A stretch of DNA of 64,000 nucleotides. Origin: Octopus sinensis. Taxonomy: Eukaryota. Position 1 is the stretch's first letter. Each line of letters opens with the position of its first letter. Made by a program: the position numbers and the translations under genes. Location: assembly GCF_006345805.1 (NCBI RefSeq), contig NC_043000.1, positions 111,972,001-112,036,000 of the forward strand, written 5' to 3'. Shown here piece by piece: positions 51,660-63,653 of the stretch. The notes under the pieces were generated by a model, which was given only the letters and a program-made list of their open reading frames with translations, had not been told where the DNA came from and did not search any database.

Positions 51660-52365
51660 TAAACCCTTCAGCATTCAGATTTCTGTCAAATGTAAAGCTT
51701 TATGTATTCACATTGTTTTATATTTATCAGGCATTATCATGTAACATCAAAGATTTCAATGATGTGACTGTTTATTTTTAGAATGACATTGTAGGATAGG
51801 TAGGAGATGCCAGATTTGGCCAGTTTGAATGGAAGGCAGATGAAATATTTTGGCCGGATACAACTGGTTTAACCCTTTCGTTGCCAACCCGGCTGAAATT
51901 GGCTCTGGCTCTGAGTACAAATGTCTTGTTTTCATAAGTTTGGAATTAAAATCTTCCACCAAACCTTAGTCACAATTTATGTTCCTAACACTAGCTGAAT
52001 GATAATTAAATTATTTTACTAAATTCTTTGTTAGATGGAAAATTAATCAAAAGAAACAGAGCATCTCAAAATAAATACAGTAATCATCATCATCATCATC
52101 GTTTAGTGTCCGCTTTCCATGCTAGCATGGGTTGGGTTAAAATATATAATAGAGAAACAATTCTTAACCCTTTTGTTACCAACCCGGCTGAAACTGCCTC
52201 TGGCTCTGTAGAACAAATGTCTTGTTTTCATAAGTTCTGAATTAAAATCTTAGTCAGAATTAATGTCCCTAACACTAGCTGAATAACTGAGTTACTTTAC
52301 TAAATTCTTTGTTATATTTAAAATTAATTGAAAGAAACCTGACAGAGCATCTCAACAGAAATACA
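51660..52365. mobile_element. Cluster of three piggyBac-like MITEs (one H, two G) plus a SINE tail
   Basis: H copy ends at a TTAA (51869-51872) where a G copy begins; second G copy starts at TTAA-CCCTTT near 52164. Confidence 0.7.
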
Positions 52366-52384
52366 GAGTTTTGATTAATTTCCA

Positions 52385-53812
52385 AATATTCAAATGTGTT
52401 CCACCCGCCAAACGCTTTATCTCAGAATGAAACCCCTCGCAGCGTTATTTGTTCTGGGAAGATCTTGAAGAATACGCTGATTAACATTCCATACAGCTAT
52501 CGGGAATGTAAGTGGTTCTCTCCTTTGTCTAGCACCACGTCCTCTCACAACGCCTATGTAAGTCAAGTCGACATAAGCAATGAATTCAGCAGGTATTTCT
52601 CCATCGTCTAATAATTCTTCATAGGCCTCTTTGACATCTTCAACTGGTACAAAAGCTAATGCTGGAAAACATGGAATTTTAAGACAGAATTCAGAGTCTG
52701 TATTGTATTTTTCTTTGAGGCCTAATTCTGTAATTTTTTGAAATACTGATTGGTTCAAATGAAACAAACATGCCATGATGGATGAATTAGGGAATGATGA
52801 ATTAAATGCCTTATGAATTGCAACTTTGAAATCTGCCATGTGATCAAGTGGATATGGATTAGGTTGCATAATTTTCAATTACTCGAAAAATACTTCATAT
52901 GTCTGCTTTGTTTTATTTGGCAATAATACAGAAACCCGTGGAAAACTGCTACCTTTAAGTTGTACATGAATGCTAAACAGTTGAAACCAGTGTTCTGGCA
53001 CAATTTTGAATGTTCCATCACATTCCCAACGACGATATGATGCTTTATCCTGAACAGTACTTTCTGATGCAAATATTGATATGCACTGTTGATCGTCGAT
53101 ACCCGAACCATATCTCAAAAACATTATCAAGTTTACAATATCCTTCAGGTATTTCAAAGCCAGTTCTAGCCCCTGAAGTTGAGAGCAAGTATTTTCTGTT
53201 AGCTGCATAAACTTAACCGCTATTATGCTACATGAACTTGCTGCTGTTTTCCACCGTTTCTTGCTTTATTTTTGCAACTGCTTTGCTAGCATTTAACCAA
53301 TCTCCATCAGCTGGATGAAGGTGCTCACGAGAAATATAAACAATTTTCAGCTCATTGTTTCTCCGTTTCCGTGTGAATTCGCACTGAACACAGCCTTCTT
53401 TTCTCACATCTCCAGTATTCTTTTCCTAGTATTGCATTGCTTGAATGAAAATCGTAGATGTGATTATTTTCGTCAACTACTTTTCTTTTGTTTTCGGTCG
53501 ATTATATGAACTTTGTCATTTCGAGTAAATTAAAAATGTGTTCACTAAATTTGCAACACTCTCTATACACATCACCGTAGTTAAGAGAGAGAAAGAAAAA
53601 GAGAAATTAAAACTGTTAACAGAAGAGGAAAAACAACAATAATGACAATTCTTTAACGAGGCTCGTTATAGTTCTGTGAATATATCATTAGAGATATTTC
53701 ACCTTGTTTTCTAAAGAATTTATTTAAAGTTGGACAAAAAGTTGCTGGACCAAAAATCATCAGACCAAAAGATGTGGATAAAAAGATGTTGGGATGAAAA
53801 GACATAGCACCA
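52385..53812 (-). mobile_element. Decayed Mutator-like (MULE) transposon, FLYWCH plus DDE transposase pseudogene
   Basis: Minus-strand translation has YWRCEKRRLCSVRIHT...HLH (FLYWCH), CDGTF, ADF, CLFH and RTNNAA motifs; in-frame stop at 52879-52881, frameshifts; repeated GGA(C/T)AAAAAG subterminal units at 53730-53811. Confidence 0.88.
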
Positions 53813-54038
53813 TGTACTATACCCCTTACCAAAATTTCTCTATGTTAGAAATCAGTATTTAAACCCTAGTTCTTTGAGTTCAAATCATACCTGAAATTTT
53901 TGGGGGTTACAAAAATTGACAATATCTTCTCGCTAAATCTTACCGTTGTATTTACATTAGAAACCAATAAGTCAGATATCCATAATCCAAATATTCCGAT
54001 GTTCTGTTGACATTGCTTATTAACCATTTCCTTTGCAG

Positions 54039-54158
54039 ATGTGGCTGGATGCTTTTAAAGAACACATTGATTACACAAATCATTACATGAACCAAGGCAT
54101 TTGCACAAGTGATGAAGAGAAAGATGATTACATTGGAAACCTACAAGAGTCACTAATG
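54039..54158 (+). CDS. OSBPL1A: OSBPL1A exon 11, PH C-terminal helix (MWLDAFKEHIDYTNHY...LQESLM)
   Basis: tttgcag acceptor, gtaggc donor, 120 nt, phase 0 to 0; WL.A..EH..Y..HY motif. Confidence 0.93.
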
Positions 54159-55930
54159 GTAGGCGTTTTGGTTCATTTCTTCCAGCTTCATTTGGTGAAT
54201 GATATATATTTAATTACAAGGTGGTGAGCTGGCAGAAACGTTAACATGCCGGGCGAAATGCGTAGCCATATTTCATCTGCCCTTACATTTTGAGTTCAAA
54301 TTCCACCAAGGTCGACTTTGCCTTTCATCCTTTCGGGGTCGATAAATTAAGTACCAGTTATGTACTGGGGTCAATATAATCGACTTAATCCGTTTGTCTG
54401 TCCTTGTTTGTCCCCTCTATGTTTAGCCCCTTGTGGGTAATACAGAAACAGCTATATATTTAATTACATGTGTGTGTCAGTGTGTCCCTGTCTCATACTT
54501 TTGACTTCTTATTACCTGGCACAAAGCCACTTTTCTCAATACTGCACTCTTACTCAGTTGAAGGTTCTTATCTTGAGGGTGCTTGGTGACTCCACTAGTT
54601 CCAGTGGCATGTAAAAAATCACCCTGTATACTCTGTAATGTGGTTGGCATTAGGAAGAATATCAAGCTGTGGAAGTGATGCCAAAGCAGACATTGGAGCT
54701 TAGCACAATCCTCCAGCTCGCCAGCTCCTGTTCAACCACCCAACCTATGCCAGCATGGAAAGTGAATGTTTAAAAAGAAAAAAAGAAAAATCTCCATATG
54801 TGTGTGTGTGTGTTAAAAAATAACTGTTGCAACCCTTCCTCTCCCAATCATCTCATTTTGCACATTGAGGTCTGTTGGCTTCTGGATGCAGGGAAGATAA
54901 CATCGTTGCTTTGCAGTGGAGTCGGTTGTCACCAGTGAGTTACAAGGGAGATAATCTTGCTGCTTTATATTAGGAATTAATCACGGTAAAGTTTTGGTTG
55001 TCTAATTATTACGTAACACAAGAGATAATCCGTTTTATAAGGTTCCTGTTTCGTACCATATAAGCCTAATCCCATTCTGAACCACACAAAAACTCCTCTG
55101 TTTATCTCTAGTTATTGTTCCACGAAGAAGTTCTCCAAGATAGCTCACTTGACCATTGGTAGCGGCCTTTCCAGAGTTAAGAATTGAATTCAGCACCACA
55201 GTCAGCCAAAATGCTCACAAGTTTGGGCTTTGTCAGAAGCACTGTACTCACTGGCAAACTTCATACTAAGACAAAATCTATTGTTACTGATATAGGAAAA
55301 CGGTGATTGAAATACCGTTGCTGTTGCTATAGTTATCCAGCTAAATGAAAGTCTGTTTTGTATAAAAAGACAGAAATGCGTGTTTAGCAGTCTTACCACT
55401 GTTTGCTGGACGATTTTCGTCTGCTACTGATATATTCATGTTTTTAAACACAGCATGTTCGTAAGAGATATTCACATCCAGACAAATACTATAGTTAGTT
55501 TAATTTTTAGTGGTGTATTCGCATTAAATATGATAACCAGATGGCTGTTTTAATCTAATATAGCTTCTGTTGCACATAATGGCTGTGTGTCTGTATGTAT
55601 GCATGTATTTGTGTGTGTGTGTGTATGCACACACATACATACATACAATACATGCATGCATGCATGCATACATGCATGCATGCATGCATGCATACATACA
55701 TGCATGCATGCATGTACTTAAGTATGTATATATGTATAGATTGTGGCAAATTTTATATCAAGTGACATAAGATAGTACGTTGCCAAATGACATAATAATA
55801 ATACCTACATACAATTAGTACTCAGCCCAGCTCTGTGCCTCGACTTCAACTTGAAATGCAATGGTGTGATAGTGGCCTGAATGAAGATGGGGCGTCTGTC
55901 TGTCCCCCCACCACTCTCTCTCTCTCTCTC

Positions 55931-55986
<56 letters not shown>

Positions 55987-58900
55987 GGTCTGGTGCCACG
56001 TGAGTAAAAGTCACTGTGATCTTCAGGGAGTGAACTGTTGGGCGCAATGCGATATTTTCAGATATTATTAAAAGAATTTCAGCTCATTTTTCAAGTTCTC
56101 TGGTTAATAGTAACAACAGACAATTATGATTGAATAAACAAACGAAAATATAAGCCAAGGACAAGAAAACCAGATTGTCATCACAAGGGGGAATAACTCT
56201 ACTTTTACCTGATGTGTTCCAAACAACACTTGTCTATGAGTGACATAACATTGATGATTGATGCTTGTATACACGAGGGATGCTTGTATATACGAGTGAC
56301 ACTTGCATACATAAGTGATACTCTTCGAGTGTCTCATTTCTTTTGAATTAAAGGTATCAAGCTGGTAAAGGCGGCGAGCTGGCAGAAACGTTAGCACGCC
56401 GGGCGAAATGCTTTGCGGTATTTCGTCTGCCGCTACGTTCTGAGTTCAAATTCCGCCGAGGTCGACTTTGCCTTTCATCCTTTCGGAGTCGATTAAATAA
56501 GTACCATTTACGCACTGGGGTCGATGTAATCGACTTAATCCGTTTGTCTGTCCTTGTTTTCCCCCTCTGTGTTTGTCCCCTTGTGGGTAGTAAAGAAATA
56601 GGTATTTCGTCTGCCGCTATGTTCTGAGTTCAAATTCTGCCGAGGTCGACTTTGCCTTTCATCCTTTCGGGGTCGATTAAATAAGTACCAGTTACGCACT
56701 GGGGTCGATGTAATCGACTTAATCCGTTTGTCTGTCCTTGTTTGTCCTTTCTGTGTTTAGCCCCTTGTGGGTAGTAAAGAAATAGGTATCAAGCTGGTAG
56801 AAATGTTAACGACTCAGACAAAATACTTAACGTCATTTCTCCTGGCTATATACATCCTGGGTCCAGATTCCGGTGCGGTTGGCTTCGCCTTTCATCCTTT
56901 TGGGGTCGATAAAGCAAGTACCTGTTGAGCACTGGGATCCGTGTAATCGAGCAGTCCCTTAGCCTTGTGTTTAAATTTGAAATATTTCTTTTGAAGTGTT
57001 CCACATTTGAGTGTCTGAAAGAGAGGTAAGTGTTCGTTCATGTAGCTATACAAACCCTTCCCATTGAATGAGTTTCCACGTAGAGATTTCCCTTGGGTAA
57101 AACCGATATGAGAGAACCTTCACACAATCGCTTCCCTTGCTGGAAATGGTCCCCTCTGCTCAAATCACACCCTACTCTCTTAAAAATTGAAAAACACAAT
57201 GGATAATATTCTTTCTAATCTTGGTATAATCCAACCATTTTCAGGCTAGGGGGAAGTCGATTACGACGACCCCTAAACGTTACTGCTACTTTATTTTTTA
57301 TCGACTCTAAAAGGATGCAAAGCCAATGTTGATCTCGGCTGAATTTAAACTGAGAACGTCGACGCGCTAATGATTCTGCCAGCTCACCTCCTTAAGACAG
57401 TGGATAGTATAACTCTTGATGTAATGTCTAAAAGTAATGGTCACGGGTGGAAACGTTTTTAGCTCTCGATCTGTTCTAAGAAACAACAGCAAACAACAAT
57501 TATCAAAAGCAATGCAGTTCAAATGTCAATGTCACTGAGTTATGTCCCTTTTGTTGTTGACAGATGTGGATGATTATTTTTATCAGTGGTTACTGAGGAG
57601 GAGGAAGAGGCATCGCCGATAACCAATTTTGTCTTTTCAGGGTCCACAGACGGCGTTGGGGGAAGGGCTAGGATGTTATCATAACACCAGTGACCTGACC
57701 CGAATGCTTGCAACAAACTGGATTATCCACAAAACGAACTTAACGGCCAGGTGGCGGTGGTGGTGGTGGTACATCGAGACACAGATTAGACCTCAGCGCA
57801 AGAACAGTAATGGTTCTCGCAACAGATGTCTGCCAATTTTAAGTCACAAGGCGTTGGTCAGACATCTGGTCAAAGGTGCAGAGCAGCAATATCGAACCCA
57901 CAACCACGAAGTTGTGAAGTGAACCTCTTCTTTTATTCTTTTACTTGTTTCAGTCATTTGACTGTGCCATGCTGGAGCACTGCCTTAAGTCGAGCAAATC
58001 GACCCCAGGACTTATCCTTTGTAATTCTTTGTTATTCTATCGCTCTCTCTCTCTTGCCGAACCACTAAGTTATGGGGATGTAAACACACGAGCATCGTTC
58101 GTGAAGCGATAATTGGGTCGGAGTGGGGTGGGGGTAAAACACAGACACATAAACATATACACACACACATACATACACACATATATATATTTAGCGCCTC
58201 CTTGACTGGTTTCCATGCCAGTGGCACGTAAAAAGCACCAACCGATCGTGGCTGTTGCCAGCCTTTCCTGGCACCTGAGCCGGTGGTATGGCATGTAAAA
58301 AGCACCCACTACACTTACAGAGGGGTTGGCATTAGGAAGGGCATCTAGATGTAGAAACACTGCCAGATCAGGCTGGAGCCTGGTGCAACCTCCTGGCTTC
58401 CCAGACCCTGGTCGAACCATCAAACCTGTGCTAGCATGGAAAACAGACGTTAAACGTTGATGATGATATATATATATATATATATCATCATCATCATCAT
58501 ATATATATATACACGACAGGCTTCTTTCAGTTTCCGTCTACCAAATCCACTCACAAGGCAGCTATAACCATATCTAACGTAGTGAAGGAAAGACAATATT
58601 TTTATTTCTTTATTGCCCACAGGGGGCGCTAAACATAGAGGGGACAAACAAGGACAGACAAAGGAATTAAGTTGATTACATTGACTCCAGTGCATAACTG
58701 GTACTTATTTAATCGCCCCCCCCCACCACCACCACCACCGAAAAGATGAAAGGTAAAGTTGACCTCAGCAGAATTTGAATTCAGAACATAACAGCAGACG
58801 AAATACCACCAAGCATTTCGCCCGGCGTGCTAACAATTCTGCCAGCTCACCGCCTTTTATTAGTCTATGACTAAATATTATTTACAGTGATTTATGAATG

Positions 58901-60729
58901 AGACAACCTGTCTGGTGTTGGTTGCAAGTATGTAAGGTGATATTCCACTTAATCCTTTCAACAGAGAACAGCTCAATGGCTGGATATGTTTTTGCTGCAG
59001 ATTGGAAACAATGATGTTATTCATTTGTATGGAGGGACAGTAATCTTCTTTTATCTTTCACGTACGTACATGTGTGTATCATTCTCATCTTCATTTAGCA
59101 CCAGGCTCCATTCTGATTTGGTTTGGTTTCTAAAGCTGGATGCCCTTCCTAATGCCAACCACTTTACTTGCTCTAAAGGTGGCACCAGCACCAGTACTTT
59201 TTTATGTGGCACCAGCATACATATGTGTGTCTGTGTGAGTTTATTCTACACCTCCACTTGATGGCCAGTGTTGCTTTGTTTATGTCCTGGTAACTTTGCA
59301 GTTTCACAAAAGGGATTAACAGAATAAATACCTGTTGTAATCCTTAATGTTGGATTGTTATATATTTCTTTACTACCCTCAAGGGGCTAAACATAGAGGT
59401 GACAAATAAGGACAGACAAGGGATTAAGTCGATTACATCGACCCTAGTGCGTAACTGGTACATTTATTTATCGACCCCAAAAGGATGAAAGGCAAAGTTG
59501 ACCTCGGCAGAATTTGAACTCAGAATGTAGCGGCAGACGAAATACCACTAAGCATTTCGCCTGGCATGCTAACGATTCTGCCAGCTCGCCACCTTCATTA
59601 ATGTCGGATTGTTATAACGTCCACTTGGGTATAGAAGTATAGTTAGTAAGACTAGTAAAGACAAAACTGTCTATGACCATTTACTTCATCCTTTCTCCTT
59701 ATACTGACCAATGTCGCCTTATTTATAACTGACCACTCATCACGTGGGAGGGGGGCTTCCATTATTATTATTACCCCCACAACAATACCAGACTTTAAAA
59801 AAACAAAAAATGAATAATACTGGGTCCCAGTGTGGCCACAGTCCAATGACTAACAAGTCGAAAGACAAAATAATGAGGTGAGCGAATCCCACACCACCTC
59901 TGCCCACCACTTCTCAACATTGAACATAACTTTTAGTCACCTGTTCTCTGCCGAGATAACGAGTTCAATCGTTTATATAGGTTTTCCCTACAGTAAATCA
60001 CTTTATCTTTGTGATTGTCACTGTCGTCATCATCATCATCATCATCATCATAGGTACCACCAACTACAACATTAACATCATCATTACGGTCACCAACACC
60101 ATCACCACTATCACTACCACCGCCGTTATCATCGTCATCGTGACGGTCATAACATCACAACTGTTGTCAATAAATGTCACTACCATTATCATCATCATCA
60201 TCATCATCATCACCATTACTAACTTCACCACCACTACCACTACCACTACCACAGTCCACGTCACCACTCCCACTACAGCCGTCACCACTCCCACCACCAC
60301 CACCACCATCATCATCATCATCCTTGTTCTTATCTTCAGGTGAAAGGTTTGTGTTTTCAGGTTTTGATCACACATACACACACAGACATGCTATGCGTCC
60401 TTAAATGTTTTGTTTAATTATTTGTTGTTGTTGTTTATTGTTTTCTAAACCCAATAACTATTTATTTGAGTTTCCTCCAGACTTCTGTAAGTTTTCAAAT
60501 GCTTTATGTATTTACATTTCTTCTATTTCTAGCCGACCAAAAATTCTGTAGAATCTATCTTCATATTCCAGAAAGTCCCCTCTATAATTGTTATTGTTGA
60601 TGTTGTTGTTGTTGTTGTTGTTCTGGTCGTTACTGTTATTGGTGTTTTTAGTTTTTCTCTTTACAAACAAAAGCTAAATCCTCATTTTAGAGAAAATGGT
60701 GTGTGTGTGTAAGCACACCCCTGTGTGTA

Positions 60730-60733
60730 TATG

Positions 60734-60785
<52 letters not shown>

Positions 60786-60865
60786 AATGTATGTAAATGT
60801 ATATATATATGTATGTAAATTATATATATATATATGTATATGTATGTAAATGTATGTAAATGTAT

Positions 60866-60960
<95 letters not shown>

Positions 60961-61178
60961 TGTATGTATGTGTATATATATATATATGTATGTATGTATG
61001 TATGTGTATATATGTATGTATGTATGTATGTATGTGTATATATGTATGTATGTATGTATGTGTATATATGTATGTATGTATGTATGTGTATATATGTATG
61101 TATGTGTATGTATGTATGTATGTGTATGTATGTATGTATGTATATGTATGTATGTATGTATGTATGTATATGTATGTG

Positions 61179-61260
<82 letters not shown>

Positions 61261-61262
61261 TA
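60730..61262. repeat. Long (TA)n/(TATG)n compound microsatellite
   Basis: Direct reading. Confidence 0.95.
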
Positions 61263-62319
61263 AGCACTCACTACACTCATGGAGTGGTTGGCGTTAGGAA
61301 GGGCATCCAGCTGTAGAAACACTGCCAGATCAGACAGGAGCCTGGTGCAGCCTCCTGGCTTCCCAGGCCCCGGTCAAACCGTTCAACTCATGCTATCATG
61401 GAAAATGAACATCATCATGATCATCATCATTTAATGTTTGTTTTCTCACACTGGCATGTATGTGTAAATATATATATGTATGTATGTATATGTGTAAACA
61501 CACACACACACACACATGTATGTGTGCATATGTATGATTTTTTTTATATTCAGAGAGTGAGGAGAGATTGAAATAAATCCAGTTAGAACCAGTGAGATCG
61601 GGTATACCTTGGGTAAATCTATGATCAGAGAGAATGGTTAGAGAGTAATCCATAATGAGTGAAAATAGATGCTAGCAGTTCCAGCTTTGGGATGTGGGGG
61701 ATGAGGTGGTGAAACAGGATCTACAGATGTTGAACTTGATGGAGGTTATGACAAGTGATCGGGTCTTCTGGTCACTTACTGTGCTTGAGATGACATAGCA
61801 AGCTTGGTGTAATCGTGGTCATGGCCAGTGTCAGCGACGCGTGAATGACACTCATGCTGGTGACACATAAAGGATACCTGTGCCAGTGATGCATAAAAGG
61901 CACCCAGAACATTCTATGAAGTGGTTGGCATTAGGAAGGGCATCCAGCTGTAGAAACCAAGCCAAAACAGACGAATGGCACTTGGATGTAGCTCTCTGGT
62001 TTACAAACTGTCAAATCCATGCAAGCATGGGAAATGGACATTAGGCAATGATGATGATGATGATGATGTGTGTGTGTGTATGTTCACCATGTCTTAAAAT
62101 TGTTTGCTGTGGCGGCAGCAGCAGCGATGGTGATAGTGGTGGCGGTGGTGATGATGTAGTAACCATGGTGATACTGCTGTTTCGTGTTGTCCCCTTTTCG
62201 AGTTGTCAGTAATGTTGGTCATGGAAATAAATGGGAAATGAATATTGCTACATCAATATCGATGCTGCTGCTATTGTTGTGGTTGTAGTGGTGGTGGACT
62301 GAACGATAATAATAGGTAA

Positions 62320-62660
62320 AGAGACCTCCTTTGGTCATGAATGACCATTGGGATTGCACTTAGAAAGTTCCCTTCCAAGGCACAAGTCTAGGCAAGGTTG
62401 TTTTTATGGAAGACCAGCAGTCACCCATGCATACCAGCCTCCCCTCTCCACACCACCAATGTCATCCAAGTTAAAGGCAAAGGGGCCGATACAGCTTGGC
62501 ACCTGTGACGTTGCAACTCATTTCTACAGCTGAGGGAACTGCAGCAACGTGAAATAAAGTGTCTTGCTCAAGAACACAACACACAGCCCGGTCCGGGATT
62601 CGAACTCACTACCTCATGATTGTGAGCCTGACGATCTAACCACTGAGCCATGTGCCTTCA
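62320..62660 (-). mobile_element. Family D tRNA-derived SINE with V-domain-like motif (related copies about 17745-18050-, 20855-21060+, 35965-36255-, 43780-44020+)
   Basis: TGGCTCAGTGGTTAG A box, GAGTTCGAATCCC B box, GTGTTCTTGAGCAAGACACTT. Confidence 0.75.
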
Positions 62661-62744
62661 TATATAATAATAATGATACTAATAATAATAGTTATGATGA
62701 TGATAATAATAATAATAATAATAATGATAATTAATAATAATAAT

Positions 62745-63300
62745 GATAGAGCAAGGATTGTCCATTGGATACTTTGTAACATGTATGGACTTGACAGAGC
62801 AAAATGTGGTATGAACATAAACCCAAAGGCATCATCGAAAATGATATTGCAAAGATCCTATGGGATTTTATGACTCAGTGCGACCATGAGATAGAGAATA
62901 GGAAGCCAGACATATTCTTAATTGAGAAAGAAAACAAACTATGCTGGATCATAGATATAGCATGCCCAGTTGACAACAAGGTATGCGATAAGGAAGAAAG
63001 AAAAGTCGATAGATATGACAGGTTAGCTTGGGAAGTTAAGCAGTTGTGGTCGCTGAAAAAGGTGGTAGTAGTACCAATAATTGTCGGAGCCCTGGGAACA
63101 GTGAGCAAAAACCTCAAGAAGTACAAGGAACAAATAGGGGCTACAATAAGGGTGGAGCACTTGCAGAAAACAGCACTGCTTGGAACCACTCAAATACTCT
63201 GGAATTGCTAAAAAAATAAGAGGTGTTACCTTAGTTCACTGGTAGTGAACAGCTGATACTGTAATGCATCTCCAGTGTTAGAAGCTGTGCAAAGACAATA
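62745..63300 (+). mobile_element. Dong/R4-like 3' fragment
   Basis: ARIVHW.LC, ILWDF..QCDHEIENRKPDI, IIDIACP, VPIIVGALG; preceded by (TAA)n. Confidence 0.85.
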
Positions 63301-63374
63301 TGATAATAATAATGATAATTATTTTTATTATATCAGCTGTCTAACATCTCCCTCTTTTTTCGTCTCTCCAACAG

Positions 63375-63474
63375 TCTGTCCATGCTCATCAAGAAGTTCT
63401 GGAGCAACTCCTTTCATCTGTAACAACACAACTCTCCAAAGATATAAAAGACCAATCACCAACTCACAAAACTG
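63375..63474 (+). CDS. OSBPL1A: OSBPL1A exon 12, probable coiled-coil start (SVHAHQEVLEQLLSSVTTQLSKDIKDQSPTHKT)
   Basis: Strong polypyrimidine tract plus aacag acceptor, gtaagt donor, 100 nt, phase 0 to 1; open in the required frame but weaker similarity; gene continues beyond the window. Confidence 0.78.
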
Positions 63475-63590
63475 GTAAGTACTTCAACAACAACAACTAC
63501 AGCTATCATCCTTATTTAGCATCCACCATTCCACGCTTGCATGATATATATATATACATATATATATATAGAACAATCAGTTAGTTGCCA

Positions 63591-63653
63591 TAATAAAACT
63601 CAGAGTTTCGAATGTATGGGCTGAAAACTGCTCCGGCATCTCATCAGTTATTA
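63591..63653 (-). ncRNA. Putative type I hammerhead ribozyme, same family as 27167-27234
   Basis: Minus strand reads TAATAA CTGATGA GATG...CATTC GAAAC TCTGA GTT TTATTA; canonical CUGAUGA core; stem I covaries with the 27167 copy. Confidence 0.72.

Larger units (their letters stand above)
6581..58560. mobile_element. Family B tRNA-derived SINE copies with internal (TA)/(TG) microsatellite (about 13; e.g. 8614-9021+, 10705-11125+, 17320-17660-, 19150-19502-, 22235-22615+, 23950-24340-, 26675-26950+, 38845-39670+, 51215-51635-)
   Basis: Head TGGCTGTGTGGTAAG...GGTTCAGTCCC then CACCTTGGGCAAGTG (resembles the MIR/CORE-SINE region; possibly the octopus OR2 type, unverified); span is a summary. Confidence 0.85.
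3790..59597. mobile_element. Family A tRNA-derived SINE copies, dispersed (about 20; e.g. 20268-20480+, 20497-20690+, 30610-30842+, 41473-41707+, 44660-44875+, 46270-46497-, 48665-48880-, 54219-54450+, 56368-56783+, 58600-58856-, 59365-59597-)
   Basis: A-box-like TGGCAGAAACGTTAG, B-box-like GAGTTCAAATTCC, central GCCTTTCATCCTTTCGGGGTCGATAAATTAAGTACCAG; several copies with 12-19-bp TSDs; span is a summary. Confidence 0.85.
2380..62070. mobile_element. Family C SINE-like copies, dispersed (more than 20; approximate examples: 2380-2600+, 5760-5985+, 12680-12910+, 13360-13830-, 23270-23540+, 25375-25640-, 25885-26150+, 28670-29040+, 31135-31350-, 32370-32860+, 40385-40650-, 42320-42615+, 45550-45890-, 58195-58465+, 61262-61420+, 61810-62070+)
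   Basis: Shared GAGTGGTTGGCGTTAGGAAGGGCATCCAGCTGTAGAAAC...CAACCCATGCTAGCATGGAAA...(GAT)n; span is a summary, not one element. Confidence 0.85.

Noticed and set aside
57629-57922. Possible cassette exon (ttttcag acceptor at about 57640, open in phase 0)
   Set aside because: No convincing phase-0 donor and no similarity to ORP1L; the best donor would shift the frame.
62590-62660. tRNA gene
   Set aside because: A and B boxes are the head of a family D SINE; no complete cloverleaf, and it continues into the SINE body. The same applies to family A and B heads.
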